This document shows, in pieces, positions 37,965 to 48,125 of a DNA stretch of 64,000 bases (position 1 is its first letter; each line of letters opens with the position of its first letter). The DNA lies in the NCBI GenBank assembly GCA_965653565.1, contig CBFHAI010000019.1, positions 6,140-70,139 on the forward strand, written 5' to 3'. Under the pieces are notes generated by a model, which searched no databases, was not told the origin of the DNA, and saw only the letters and a program-made list of their open reading frames with translations. Origin of the DNA: an uncultured Chiayiivirga sp. (GTDB lineage Bacteria; Pseudomonadota; Gammaproteobacteria; Xanthomonadales; Xanthomonadaceae). A program made the translations under genes and the position numbers.

Positions 37965-38534
37965 TCAACCGATCAGCATCGCCGCGAAGGCGAGAAGCAC
38001 CAATGCCAGCAACAACGGCAGCCACTCGCGCACGACATCGATCGAACGCGGCAGATCGTTCGATGTCGGCAGCGACAACAGGGAAATCACACTGCTCGGC
38101 AGATCGATCGACGCTGCTGTCGGCAGCGTCATCGCAAGCGCCTGTGCATCGTTGTCGGAAGGCGCGTCGCAATCATCGGCAACCAGCGGACCCACCGCAG
38201 CCACCAGCACGTAACCCACGCGCGGCACGGTGCGGATGTAGCGCGAGGCGCGCGCGTCGTCGCCGAAGGCCTTGCGCAGTTGCACGATCGCGTTGGTCAC
38301 CACGTCTTCGGTCGGGAACTCGCCGCGCCAGACTTCCGCCAGCAGGCGCTCTTTCGACGCCGACTGTCCGGCCATGAAGAGCAGCACCTCGAGCACGGCC
38401 GCCGCCTTCGGCGCCAGGCGCGTGCAACGATCGCCGTCGTGTACTTCGTTGAGCGACAGATCGACGCGACAGTCGCCGACTTTCAGGCGGCGCGACTTGC
38501 GCAGCAGACGATCGAGTTCGTTGTGCGTTCCCAT
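37965..38534 (-). CDS. ToxR/CadC-like winged-helix regulator, C-terminally tail-anchored (189 aa)
   Basis: The ATG at 38534 was checked. OmpR/PhoB-type wHTH: LAPKAAAVLEVLLFMAGQSASKERLLAEVWRGEFPTEDVVTNAIVQLRKAF...YIRTVPRVGYVLV. A single TM segment (WLPLLLALVLLAFAAMLIG) forms the extreme C-terminus. Confidence 0.65.
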   Translation of the reverse strand: MGTHNELDRLLRKSRRLKVGDCRVDLSLNEVHDGDRCTRLAPKAAAVLEVLLFMAGQSASKERLLAEVWRGEFPTEDVVTNAIVQLRKAFGDDARASRYIRTVPRVGYVLVAAVGPLVADDCDAPSDNDAQALAMTLPTAASIDLPSSVISLLSLPTSNDLPRSIDVVREWLPLLLALVLLAFAAMLIG

Positions 38535-39016
38535 GCCGGCATCATCCTTGTCTTGCTCTTGGCGGTTCGGCGCGCCGCGCGCGCTGCAGGGCGGGGTCAC
38601 TGCGTCCGTTGTGCGCTCCCCGCACGCGGACCGAACCACGCGTCGTCCCGCAACGCCGTCCTGCCATTGCAGCGACGCGGCGTTCCAGTCGGGACACAAT
38701 CGAACCAGAACGCCGAGCGACGGCGATTCGTATCAAGCGAACGCGGCGCACGTGCAGTGCGATGACGAAGTCGAGGTTCGCGCGATCGACAACAATCGTG
38801 ACAATTGCTGCGCCGCTGCCCGCGGCGTGACACGAATTCGAGAATTCGCGCGCAAGGCCCGATGGCGACGAGAACCGCGCGACTGCCGACGCCTTCGTTT
38901 CGATGATGAGCGCATCTTGTGCGCCGTGCTTGCACCGCATGCGCGGGTGCGACGAACACTTCGCAACGACGGACGCGTTCGCGTCCGTGCGGTGTGCAGG
39001 CGAATGCCCGCACCGA

Positions 39017-40912
39017 TCAATCCAGGAACATTTCCGGTGCCGGCACCACGGTGACCAGGCTGTAGCCCGGTGCGCCGCCGGCCGCGGCCGTGAACGGACC
39101 GCCGAACACGGCGTTGCCGCCGCCGTTGCCGCCATTGCCGCCGCAGGCGCCGCCTCCGCCGCCGGCCACGTTGGCGCTCGTGGCGCTGGCATCGGTGCCG
39201 CCGGCGCCGCCGTTGACCGAAACCAGCCCCGCAACCGTCGGCGCCGCGGACGCGATCAGATGCACGATGCCGCCGCCTCCGCCGCCGCCACCGCCGGCTC
39301 CCTGCGTGCCGCCGTTGGCGTTGACACCGGGCGCGCCGCTGCCGCCGTCGGCGCGCAGCACGCCGCCGGCATCGATCGCGATGCTGCCTTTCGCTGCAAG
39401 GATCACGACACCACCGGCGCCGCCGCCGCCACCGGCGACATCGCCTGCGGTGGCGGGATTCGATCCATTGGCACCATTGGCATTGATGCTGCCGCCCATC
39501 GCCACGCGGATGTTGCCGCGCGCCGCGAGCATCAGCGCACCGCCGCCTTCGCCGCCGTTCGTGGTCGCGTTGCGATCGCCGGAGCCGCCGCCGAGGGTGG
39601 GCACGGAAAGAATCTGCGCCGCCTGCAATTTGGCCAGCGCGGTGCCGCCGGTGAGCGGCGCGGCTGCCGAGAGCGCGATACCCGGGTGCGCCGGTCCGTT
39701 GCCTGCATCCATCGCCGCCGTCGTCACCGTGATCGAACCGCCGTTGTTGATCACGACATTGCCGGTGGCGCGCAAGGTCACGCCGCTCGGCACGACCAGC
39801 GCGCCACTGATCGTGATGTCGGTGAACTGCAGATGCTGACGGCCGCCGAAGGCGTTGTAGCCGCCGTCGTAATTGAGCACGAGGCCCGCCGCACCGACCA
39901 CCAGGGCGCCGGCCGAACCGTCGCCATACAAGGACAGGCTGCCGCTCGGACCTTGCGGCCCGACGGCGCCCGCCGGGCCGACCGCACCCTGCGGCCCGGC
40001 CACTCCCTGGATGCCCTGCGGGCCGGGCGGACCGGCGATGCCTTGCGGACCGGCGGGGCCGGGAATGCCTTGCGGGCCGACCGGGCCGGCGACACCCTGC
40101 GGACCGATGTCGCCTTGCGGTCCTATCGGGCCCTGCAGCCCGATGGGGCCGATATTTCCCTGCGGTCCGATGGGACCGATATCTCCTTGCGGCCCGATCG
40201 GGCCGATGTCGCCTTGCGGGCCGACAGGTCCGGCGATTCCGGCCGGCCCTTGCGGCCCGACATCGCCCTGCGGTCCGAGCGGGCCGGCGATGCCTTGCGG
40301 ACCGGCCGGACCGATGTCGCCTTGCGGCCCGATCGGGCCGGCCACGCCCTGCGCGCCGACCGCACCGGCGGGACCTTGCGGCCCAACAGGCCCAACCGGA
40401 CCGACCGTACCCGCCGGGCCTTGCGGCCCGATCGGCCCAACCGGACCTTGCGGTCCGAGCGCGCCCTGCGGTCCCGCAGCGCCGACGTTGCCCTGCGGCC
40501 CCGCCGGCCCAGGCACACCTTGCGGTCCGGCATTGCCGTTCAATGCGAACAACGCGACCGGCGCCGCGGCGATCGGCTGGCGCGGCTGCAATGCGGTGCC
40601 GTCGACGCGGATCTCGAGCCAGCGCTGTTGCCCGGCGAAGGCGCCGGGAAAATTCAGATCGATCGTCACCAGGCCATCGTCCACCGGCCAATCGTCGGCG
40701 ACGATCGTCGTGCCGACTTGCACGCCGCCGGTTTCGGCATCGAACAGCGCGAAGGCGAGATCGCGCGTGCCGGTGACGGGCTGGCCGTCGAACTGCAGCG
40801 TGCCCTGGTAGGTGAACGTCGGCAGTTGCGGCGCCGCGTGCACAGGCGCGTTCAACGCCAGTGCCAACGCCAGCGCGGCGGCGAGAGAAATCTTGCGTGT
40901 TTGCATCGTCAT
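39017..40912 (-). CDS. secreted collagen-like (GXY repeat) protein with a Gly-rich beta-helix-like C-terminal domain
   Basis: Signal peptide [27 protein letters not shown]-domain [17 protein letters not shown]. By my count there are 66 uninterrupted G-X-Y triplets, followed by a Gly-rich C-terminal domain ([30 protein letters not shown]...). The ATG overlaps the upstream stop (ATGA). Confidence 0.8.
   Translation of the reverse strand: MTMQTRKISLAAALALALALNAPVHAAPQLPTFTYQGTLQFDGQPVTGTRDLAFALFDAETGGVQVGTTIVADDWPVDDGLVTIDLNFPGAFAGQQRWLEIRVDGTALQPRQPIAAAPVALFALNGNAGPQGVPGPAGPQGNVGAAGPQGALGPQGPVGPIGPQGPAGTVGPVGPVGPQGPAGAVGAQGVAGPIGPQGDIGPAGPQGIAGPLGPQGDVGPQGPAGIAGPVGPQGDIGPIGPQGDIGPIGPQGNIGPIGLQGPIGPQGDIGPQGVAGPVGPQGIPGPAGPQGIAGPPGPQGIQGVAGPQGAVGPAGAVGPQGPSGSLSLYGDGSAGALVVGAAGLVLNYDGGYNAFGGRQHLQFTDITISGALVVPSGVTLRATGNVVINNGGSITVTTAAMDAGNGPAHPGIALSAAAPLTGGTALAKLQAAQILSVPTLGGGSGDRNATTNGGEGGGALMLAARGNIRVAMGGSINANGANGSNPATAGDVAGGGGGAGGVVILAAKGSIAIDAGGVLRADGGSGAPGVNANGGTQGAGGGGGGGGGIVHLIASAAPTVAGLVSVNGGAGGTDASATSANVAGGGGGACGGNGGNGGGNAVFGGPFTAAAGGAPGYSLVTVVPAPEMFLD
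39944..40537 (-). repeat. 9-nt-periodic coding repeats (collagen GXY tract)
   Basis: The DNA reads as reiterated ggcccgcaaggc/ggaccgatcggc-type units encoding GPQGxxGPx. The other long ORFs here are alternative frames and strands of the same tract. Confidence 0.8.
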
Positions 40913-41271
40913 CGAGTCTCGAATCCATCGCGGAAAATCGCGTCGCCGACGGGCGCCGCGGGTTGCGGTTGCCAGAAGCCCGACGCCACGCGCTGCGTGC
41001 CGCCGGCCGAGGTGTCCACCGCGGCCTGGCCGATGGTTCCGCTCAGCACATGACCGCCGCCGGCGGAGGTGCCGCCGCCACCGGCGACGACGTGGTGTTC
41101 GATCGAGTAGCCGTCGGCAGCGAAAGCGGCGCCGGCGGCGAACGCCAGCGCGCAAGCCAGCCACGCGCACCGCCGCACGCTGCGCCGGTGCGCGGCGAGC
41201 GCAGGCGATCGTGCTGAATCCGCCGTTGAATCGGCATCCGATCGGGTGCCGTCGACACGCGCCATCCTCAT
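40909..41271 (-). CDS. small secreted Gly-rich protein ending in a GFW...FRDGFE tail
   Basis: Signal peptide [19 protein letters not shown], then [48 protein letters not shown], ending IFRDGFETR. It is translationally coupled to the collagen-like gene. Confidence 0.55.
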   Translation of the reverse strand: MRMARVDGTRSDADSTADSARSPALAAHRRSVRRCAWLACALAFAAGAAFAADGYSIEHHVVAGGGGTSAGGGHVLSGTIGQAAVDTSAGGTQRVASGFWQPQPAAPVGDAIFRDGFETR

Positions 41272-41421
41272 GCTTCCCCGCGTCGTCCTGACTTGAGTGC
41301 CCGCTGGCGGCGAGTCTTGTTCAGTGCGCAGCGCCGCACCTGTGACAGCGATCGCTGTCCGCGCGCTTCGGTGGCGAAGCGCGCAATTAATGCAAACCGG
41401 AAAGTCGGACGCGGCGTGGCG

Positions 41422-42411
41422 TCAATCGATCCGCGCCACCGCCGCCGTGCGCGGCTCCAGGATCATGCGCTCGCGCGAGTAGTCGAAGATCACGTTGTAG
41501 CGACGCAGGAATTTCGCGCCGAGGCGACCATTCTGTCCGGTGTCGATCACTTCGCGGCCGATCGCGTATTGCGCGGGAATTTCCTTGGCCGACGTTGCGC
41601 CGAAGCCCAGATCGACCGACGTGCCCGAATGATATTCGGCCAGGCCGCCGACGAAGCAGGCGCTGTCGCGCTCGCCCTTCTCCGGCACCACGATCGACGG
41701 ATGCGTGCCCGGAAACAGGCTCAGATCGATGCCGGCACCGCTGTCGACATGCAATCGCGCGGCATACGCCTCACCCTGCGGCGGTTGCACCTGTACCTGC
41801 GCGAACGGCTGGCGGCCGCTGATATCGACCGCGACGATTTCTCCGTCGCCGCGGTAGTCGAAGGTTTCCGGATCGTGCAGCACGACTTCGCGCCGGTCGT
41901 AATTCACTTCGACCACATAGCGATGGAACAACTCATGGCCGATCACGCCGGTGAACGGCGGCGGCGGGATGTCGCTGCGGCACAGGACGGTATCGAGCGG
42001 AATCGCCAGCGCGGTCTGCTGCAGCAGCGAAATCGGACCGAAGTCGATATCGAGGTTTTCCTGCGGCGCGCCGAACGGCGCCGACAGATCGCCCTCGGCG
42101 CCGAGCCGATGCGCATCGCTCATGTCCAGGCCGAGCGATTCGGTTTTCGGACCGGTGAGCAGCGCCAACATCGAGGCACCGGTGTCGAGCACGAAATCCA
42201 CCGGCTCGCTGCCGTTGATGCTGGCAGGCACCACGATCCAGCCATCGGCATCGCGGAACGGCAGCGTCATCGGCAAGGCGCGATCGAGTTTCGCCTCGGT
42301 GCCGTTGTTGGCGAAATACAGCTGCGTCAGCTCGATCTGGCTGCAGGCGCCGAGGCAAACGCAGGACAAGGCCAGCGCCAGGAGGCGCGGGACGAAAGAC
42401 GGCGACAACAT
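41422..42411 (-). CDS. retropepsin-like (clan AA) aspartic protease lipoprotein, two-lobed
   Basis: Lipobox CLGAC. Catalytic-type motifs FVLDTGAS and HVDSGAGIDL lie in two homologous halves. Confidence 0.7.
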   Translation of the reverse strand: MLSPSFVPRLLALALSCVCLGACSQIELTQLYFANNGTEAKLDRALPMTLPFRDADGWIVVPASINGSEPVDFVLDTGASMLALLTGPKTESLGLDMSDAHRLGAEGDLSAPFGAPQENLDIDFGPISLLQQTALAIPLDTVLCRSDIPPPPFTGVIGHELFHRYVVEVNYDRREVVLHDPETFDYRGDGEIVAVDISGRQPFAQVQVQPPQGEAYAARLHVDSGAGIDLSLFPGTHPSIVVPEKGERDSACFVGGLAEYHSGTSVDLGFGATSAKEIPAQYAIGREVIDTGQNGRLGAKFLRRYNVIFDYSRERMILEPRTAAVARID

Positions 42412-42725
42412 TCGGAAGCTCCATCGGAGGTGCGCGGCAGATTGCCGCTGTGTTGAAAATTACGCGTAGTTTTCAACCGACACAACCCAACCGATGGCAT
42501 ACCGGTGCGAAGGAATCGTGGCAACGTAGTTGTGCCACGAAACGTCTCATGCGGGAGCGAAATCATCGATATCGGCTACGCTTCGCCCCGGCGTGACCGT
42601 GTCGCAGCCGCCGCTGGATGAAGCGGCTGCACCGCGCAGTCCGGGGCAGAGATGGCTGCGTAGCGTGCAGTGCCGGATTCCAACTCACTGCATCCAGGCT
42701 ACGAGGCAGGCGTTGTGCTGCGCCG

Positions 42726-43196
42726 ATGTTCCGACCATCGATCGAGAAGCCGATGACTCAACCGATGCCCTTCCGCGTCGTGCTCGACACCAACGCCGCG
42801 CTCGATCTGCTGCACTTCGGCGATCCGCGCTGTGCGCCGCTGCGTGCGAAGTTCGCGTGCGGCGAGTGGCTCGCGGTTACCGACGCGCCCTGTCGCGCCG
42901 AGTGGCTGCGCGTGCTCGGTTACCCGGCGCTGGCGCTCGATGTGGATCGGCAGGCGGCGCTCGTCGCGGCGTTCGACACGCTCGCGAACATCGTCGCGAT
43001 GCGGCGAGACGACGTGAAAAAGCTGCCCCGCTGCGCCGACAGCGACGACCAGAAATTCCTCGAACTGGCGGCCCGCAGCGGCGCGATCGCGCTGGTGACG
43101 CGCGATGCCCAATTGCTGCGCTGGTCGCGCCGCACGCAGCGCGATTTCGGCTTTGCCATCGTGACGCCGGAGCAGGTGTCCGGCGTTGCACGCTAG
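42726..43196 (+). CDS. PIN-domain protein (TIGR00305-type putative toxin)
   Basis: FRVVLDTNAALDLL...CADSDDQKFLELAARSGAIALVTRDAQLL contains the conserved acidic residues of a PIN domain. The start is uncertain (Met codons at 42726, 42753 and 42765). Confidence 0.6.
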   Translation: MFRPSIEKPMTQPMPFRVVLDTNAALDLLHFGDPRCAPLRAKFACGEWLAVTDAPCRAEWLRVLGYPALALDVDRQAALVAAFDTLANIVAMRRDDVKKLPRCADSDDQKFLELAARSGAIALVTRDAQLLRWSRRTQRDFGFAIVTPEQVSGVAR

Positions 43197-43202
43197 CGCG
43201 GC

Positions 43203-44567
43203 TTACTGCTGCGACGCGCCGAACGTATCCCACTCGGCACGTTTCCAGGCCGGCGTGACGAGCGCGGTGTCGAGCACCGGGAATTGCAGCTCCTGTTCTT
43301 CGTCGTAGCGCTGCATGCGCCACAGCACGGTGGCGCGATCGGGCTGCACCGCGATCACCTTGCCTTCGCCATCGAGTTCGTCGGCATCGCCGCTGAAATC
43401 GTCGCCCACCATCAGGCCATGCGCACTGCCCTGATCGATCGTGAGTTCGAACCAGGTGTAGCCTTCGGCATCCCAGAACAGGCGCTCGCGCGGCTGGCCC
43501 ACACCGATCACCTTGGCGCGCAGCGCGGCGCTGGTGTCGAGGTGACACGAGGTCGAACCTTCGCGGCGCGTCGCGACGCGCAGGCCGACGGTCGGCAGCG
43601 CGACGGCGTCCTTCGGCGAGAAGCGCGAGATGCCATAAGTGGCGATCGCGGTTTCGGGTTTGACTTCGGTGATCTGCGCAAACACGGCTTCGTCCGGCGG
43701 CAGGCCGTAGGCGTCCATGCCGACGTACAGGCCATGATTGGCGCCGCGATCGAGCAGCAGCTTCACTTCGGCGCGCTGGTGCGACCACTTCAAAGTCTCG
43801 TTGGTGTCGAGCACTTCGACCACGCGCGCTTCGATCGCATCGCGGCGCAACAGGCTGGTGAGTTCGACCGGATGCTTCGACGAGAACGGGTCGAGCAGCG
43901 AGAACGTACGGAACGAATCGTCATCGCTGGCGGGAAGTTCGTTCGCCGGCACGCGCCACGCGGTGGCGTACAACTCGAGCGGTCCGTCGCCGTCCCAGCC
44001 TTTGGCGGCCATCAGCAACGCGTCCGAATCGACCAGCAGATCGCCGCTGCCGAACGGCACCACCAGCAACTTCATCGCTTCCGGATCGTCGGCTTCGATC
44101 GCAGCCACCGGCGCCTTGGCGTCGGTGGCGGGGGCGGCGAGCATCGCTTCGATCTCGGCGGCTTCCAGTCCCATGCCTTCGGCGTACTCGGCAAGCGCCG
44201 CGTCGCTCAGGCTGGCCAGATCGGCGGCGCCGCCTTCGATCTTCAGCAGCAGCCAGTTGCCGTCGCGCCGATAGCGGCCCAACGAGGCCACGCGCATCGG
44301 CGCAGGCGCGAATTCGGGGTCGAGCAACATGGCGGCGCGGCCGTCCGGCGCGAACAGGAATTCGCCGCCCGGACTCTGATAGGTGAGCCCGGACGCCTTC
44401 GGGCCACGCACCTGTTCGATCACGGCCTCGGCCTCCGACCACGGGCGCATCCGGTACTCGTAGTCCTCGCCTTCGTCGTGGACCCCGGTCGACGATGCCA
44501 TCGCCGACCCGCCGGCGCCGAACGCCAGCAGCAATGCCCAAACTGTCACTCGTCCGATGCGGCGCAT
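43203..44567 (-). CDS. secreted hypothetical protein (454 aa)
   Basis: Signal peptide VWALLLAFGAGGSAMA. It is the only long ORF here with protein-like composition. No family recognised. Confidence 0.5.
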   Translation of the reverse strand: MRRIGRVTVWALLLAFGAGGSAMASSTGVHDEGEDYEYRMRPWSEAEAVIEQVRGPKASGLTYQSPGGEFLFAPDGRAAMLLDPEFAPAPMRVASLGRYRRDGNWLLLKIEGGAADLASLSDAALAEYAEGMGLEAAEIEAMLAAPATDAKAPVAAIEADDPEAMKLLVVPFGSGDLLVDSDALLMAAKGWDGDGPLELYATAWRVPANELPASDDDSFRTFSLLDPFSSKHPVELTSLLRRDAIEARVVEVLDTNETLKWSHQRAEVKLLLDRGANHGLYVGMDAYGLPPDEAVFAQITEVKPETAIATYGISRFSPKDAVALPTVGLRVATRREGSTSCHLDTSAALRAKVIGVGQPRERLFWDAEGYTWFELTIDQGSAHGLMVGDDFSGDADELDGEGKVIAVQPDRATVLWRMQRYDEEQELQFPVLDTALVTPAWKRAEWDTFGASQQ

Positions 44568-44821
44568 GGCGATCCTTGTTCGCGTGGTGTGCAGCGCCGT
44601 TATGCCTGAAGCGGGCCGCAGCCGTCCAGAAGCACCTCACCCGAGGGTCACGCGAATCGAATCCGGGCCGCGCCGCCGGTGCGCCGGCGTGATGCCCTGC
44701 AGTTTCGAAGGCTCGATGCCATCGGCCATCGTCGAGCGCGTCAGGCCTTGCGCGAGGTGCCTTTGAAGATCGTTTCACATCGGTTCGCCAAGCTGGGCGT
44801 CGGTCCATTCGGCGCATCTCG

Positions 44822-45949
44822 ATGACAATCAAACCTGCTTTCTTCTTTTTCGCCGCGCTGGCCACCGCAGCGCTGGCGGCGGCGGATATTCCCACGCCGA
44901 CGCCGGCGCCCAGGGTGCTGATGGTGCTCAGCTCGGAAGGCCGCGATGGCGGCAAAACGCGGCCCGGCTTCGAGATGGACGAGCTGGCGCAGGCCTGGGC
45001 GATCGTGCGCGACAGCGGCATCGATGTGGTGCTTGCCAGTCCCAGCGGCGGCGCGGTGCATGCCGATGCCTACGACCCGAAGGATCCCGCGAACCTGCGT
45101 TTCCTGGCCGACGAGAAGGCGCGCGCGATGCTGGACGCCACGCACCGCATCGACGCCATCGATGCGAAGCAGTTCGATGCGGTGTTCGTCATCGGCGGCA
45201 AGGGTGCGATGTTCGATCTGGCGGTCGATGCCGAACTGGCGCAATTGCTCGCGCAGGTGCACGACGCGGGCGGTATCGTGGCCGCGGTTTGTCACGGCAG
45301 CGCCGCGCTGGCCGGCGTGCGATTGGCGAACGGCGAGTGGCTGGTGAAGGATCGGCGCGTGACCGGCTTCACCGGCGAAGAGGAAGCGGTGTTCGGCAAG
45401 CAATGGTCCGCCGAATTTCCGTTCGAAATCGAAGGCGCGATGCGCGAGCGCGGAGCACGGTGGAGCGAAGCGCCGCTGATGATGCCGAACCTCGCCGTCG
45501 ACGACCGCCTGATCACGGGACAAAACCCCTACTCGACCGGCGCGGTGGCCGATGCACTGGTGCGGTCGCTGGGTCGCACGCCTGCGCCACGCGAAGCGCG
45601 GCGCGACGAGGCGAGCCTGGCGCTGTTGCAGCGCGCCGTCGCGGGCGAAATGCAGCAGGCGCGTGCCGAGCTGGCCGCCGAGCCGTCGCGCTTCCAGCCT
45701 GAGCTCATCGGTATAGTCGGGCACTACCAATTGCAGGTGGCTTCGAATCCCGGGCAGGTGACGCAGGCTTTGGCAGCGATGGAGCTGGCCACGCCGCACT
45801 TCGCCGCCGCCGAACTGAAAGTCAGCCGTGCCGAAGCGCACTTCCGGTTGGGAGAACTGGCCGCCGCACGCACCCTGCTCGACGAAGTGCTGGCGGCGCA
45901 ACCCGCACTGCCTGCCGCGCTCGCGCTGAACGAACGAATGACCCGATGA
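44822..45949 (+). CDS. secreted DJ-1/PfpI-family (class I glutamine amidotransferase-like) protein with a helical C-terminal extension
   Basis: Signal peptide, then FDAVFVIGGKGAMFDL and the nucleophile elbow AAVCHGSAAL, followed by ITGQNPYS. Confidence 0.75.
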   Translation: MTIKPAFFFFAALATAALAAADIPTPTPAPRVLMVLSSEGRDGGKTRPGFEMDELAQAWAIVRDSGIDVVLASPSGGAVHADAYDPKDPANLRFLADEKARAMLDATHRIDAIDAKQFDAVFVIGGKGAMFDLAVDAELAQLLAQVHDAGGIVAAVCHGSAALAGVRLANGEWLVKDRRVTGFTGEEEAVFGKQWSAEFPFEIEGAMRERGARWSEAPLMMPNLAVDDRLITGQNPYSTGAVADALVRSLGRTPAPREARRDEASLALLQRAVAGEMQQARAELAAEPSRFQPELIGIVGHYQLQVASNPGQVTQALAAMELATPHFAAAELKVSRAEAHFRLGELAAARTLLDEVLAAQPALPAALALNERMTR

Positions 45950-45950
45950 A

Positions 45951-46673
45951 ATGCCCGTCAATCCGCTGAGAATCCTGCTGGTGGAAGACAGCGAGCCGTT
46001 GCAGGCGGCGTTGGCGACGCTGTTCGAAGCGCAAGGACATCATCTGGATTTCGCCGCCGACGGTCGCCACGGGCTGCAGCTCGCGTTGGCGCAACCGCCC
46101 GATGTGCTCGTGCTCGATCTGGGCCTACCCGGCATGGATGGCCTGCGCGTCTGCACCGAGTTGCGCGCGCGCGCCGATCGCCATGTGCCGATTCTCATGC
46201 TGACGGCGCGCGACACCGTGCAGGACAAGCTGCAGGGTTTCGCGGCCGGCGCCGACGATTATCTCGTAAAGCCATTCTCCGGTGACGAATTGCTGGCGCG
46301 CTGCGTGGCGTTGTCGCGCCGGCATCGCGTCGGCGCGTCGCACGAATTGCGCATCGGATCGCTGGTGCTCGATCGTCGCAGCCATGCCGCGCGGCGCGGC
46401 GAGCGAACCCTGATGTTGAACCAGACCGCAAGACAGATTCTCGTTGCCCTGGCCGAAGCGCATCCGCGTCCGCTCACCCGCTCGGAAATCGTGCGGCAGT
46501 TGTGGGGCGACGAGGCGCCGCCGTCCGATCCGTTGCGCACGCACCTGTACTACTTGCGCCGCGAGCTGGATCCGCCCGGCGCGAAACCGATGCTGGTCAC
46601 CGTGCATGGCGTCGGATTCCGATTGGAACCGGACGCATGGATCCGCCGCGCCGGCTGCAGCGCCGCTTGCTGA
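45951..46673 (+). CDS. OmpR-family response regulator
   Basis: REC domain (RILLVEDSEPL...VLVLDLGLPGMDG...KPF) and wHTH (LTRSEIVRQLWG...VHGVGFRLEP). Confidence 0.9.
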   Translation: MPVNPLRILLVEDSEPLQAALATLFEAQGHHLDFAADGRHGLQLALAQPPDVLVLDLGLPGMDGLRVCTELRARADRHVPILMLTARDTVQDKLQGFAAGADDYLVKPFSGDELLARCVALSRRHRVGASHELRIGSLVLDRRSHAARRGERTLMLNQTARQILVALAEAHPRPLTRSEIVRQLWGDEAPPSDPLRTHLYYLRRELDPPGAKPMLVTVHGVGFRLEPDAWIRRAGCSAAC

Positions 46674-47911
46674 TCGTGCTCGCCGGTTTCACGCTGGCCG
46701 TGGCCGCGGTGTTCTCGTTCTACACGATCGTATTCGCGTACGAACTGGAAGATGCGTTCTTCTTCGCGCAGTTGCGTGAAGAGGCCACGCGCCTGCAGGA
46801 AGGACGCGATGCGAGCGGCCACTGGGGCACGACGCGCGACCCTCGCATCACCTTGCACCGGCGCGCCGACACCTTGCCCGACGCGGTGCGGACCTTGCTC
46901 GATGCGGAACCCGACCGCGTCGAATTTGCGGGCGGCGACGGCCATCACTACCACTTGCACGTGCTGCCGGACGGCGAAGGCGGCAACGCCTGGCTGCTGT
47001 ACGACGTCGACGACCGGCTTCTCGTGCGACCGATGCGCGGTTCGCTGCTCTGGTTGCTCACCGGCACGGCCTTGCTCGCAGTCACTCTTGCGATCGTCGC
47101 GGGCCACCTTGTTGCGCGCGGTCTCACCCGGCGACTGTCGCGACTTGCCCACGATGTCGCCGCGCTGGACCCGCAACGGCTTCCGCAGCATTGGACATCG
47201 GCGGCGGGCGATGACGAAGTGAGCGTCGTGACACGCGGCGTCGATACGCTGGTGTCGCGGCTGCGCGAGTTCGTCGCGCGCGAGCGCAGCTTCACACGCG
47301 ATGCCAGTCACGAACTGCGCACGCCGCTGGCGGTGATCCGCAGTGCCGGCGACCAGATCGCGCGGCAGCCGGAGCTGGGTCCGACGGCGCGGCTGCACGC
47401 AGCGCTGATCCGCGATTCGACGGCACGCCTGGAAAGCACGGTCGATACGCTGCTCGCGTTGGCGCGCGAAGAGCAAACCGACGCGCCGTCGCAGGATGTG
47501 GTGTTGTTGCCGATGCTCGAACAGGCCATCGTCGAACAGTCGAGCCGACGCGACGACGGGAACCTGCAGGTGCAAGTGAACGTGCCGGCATCGGCGCGGG
47601 TTCACGCGCCGCCGGCCGTACTGCAAATCCTGCTCGCCAATCTGGTCGGCAATGCCTTCGCGCACTCGAGCACGGGCGTCGTGTCCTTCGCGGTCGAGGG
47701 CGAAGAGTTCTGCATTCGCAATCCGGTCGCCGTCAGCGAGTTGCCGGAAGCAGGTACCGAGGCCACGCCGTTCCAGCGTGGTGCGGGCAGCGACGGGTTC
47801 GGCCTGGGCCTGGCGATCGTGCATCGGCTGAGCGCACGGTTCGCAATCCCGCTGACGATCGAGACGCGCGGCAACGAAGTCGTCGCGCGGCTCAAATTGG
47901 CCGGCCTTTGA
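46637..47911 (+). CDS. sensor histidine kinase (two TM segments, HisKA, HATPase)
   Basis: The ATG at 46637 gives MDPPRRLQRRLLIVLAGFTLAVAAVF. H-box FTRDASHELRTPLAVI. G-box GSDGFGLGLAIVHRL. It overlaps the response regulator gene by 37 nt. Confidence 0.85.
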   Translation: MDPPRRLQRRLLIVLAGFTLAVAAVFSFYTIVFAYELEDAFFFAQLREEATRLQEGRDASGHWGTTRDPRITLHRRADTLPDAVRTLLDAEPDRVEFAGGDGHHYHLHVLPDGEGGNAWLLYDVDDRLLVRPMRGSLLWLLTGTALLAVTLAIVAGHLVARGLTRRLSRLAHDVAALDPQRLPQHWTSAAGDDEVSVVTRGVDTLVSRLREFVARERSFTRDASHELRTPLAVIRSAGDQIARQPELGPTARLHAALIRDSTARLESTVDTLLALAREEQTDAPSQDVVLLPMLEQAIVEQSSRRDDGNLQVQVNVPASARVHAPPAVLQILLANLVGNAFAHSSTGVVSFAVEGEEFCIRNPVAVSELPEAGTEATPFQRGAGSDGFGLGLAIVHRLSARFAIPLTIETRGNEVVARLKLAGL

Positions 47912-48125
47912 CATTCATTTGAGCACCGCCTGCGATGCTGGAATCGCGATTCCCGTGTCCTCGAAAGCGTCAGGGTGAAACCGATGAGTTGCCGCGCGGC
48001 CCGCTACGCCCGAGCGGTTCTCACCGCGAGGACGTCCTCAACACCAGCCTGTCGGATCTTACCTTCGAGCCCGCTACACTTCCCGCTCGCAACCCACTCG
48101 CCAGTCCTACACACCAGGAGGTTTC

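Noticed and set aside
38969-38988. Perfect palindrome acggacgcg-tt-cgcgtccgt just downstream of the collagen-like gene, as a terminator
   Set aside because: The stem is good but no U-tract follows on the minus strand. It was left unannotated as a terminator, though it may still be a structural element.
38733-41053. 731-aa (minus) and 716-aa (plus) ORFs and several others across the collagen-like gene; also considered whether the regular repeats could be a CRISPR array
   Set aside because: They are alternative frames or strands of the GXY tract (Arg/Pro/Gly runs). The periodicity is 9 nt with no repeat-spacer organisation, so it is not a CRISPR.
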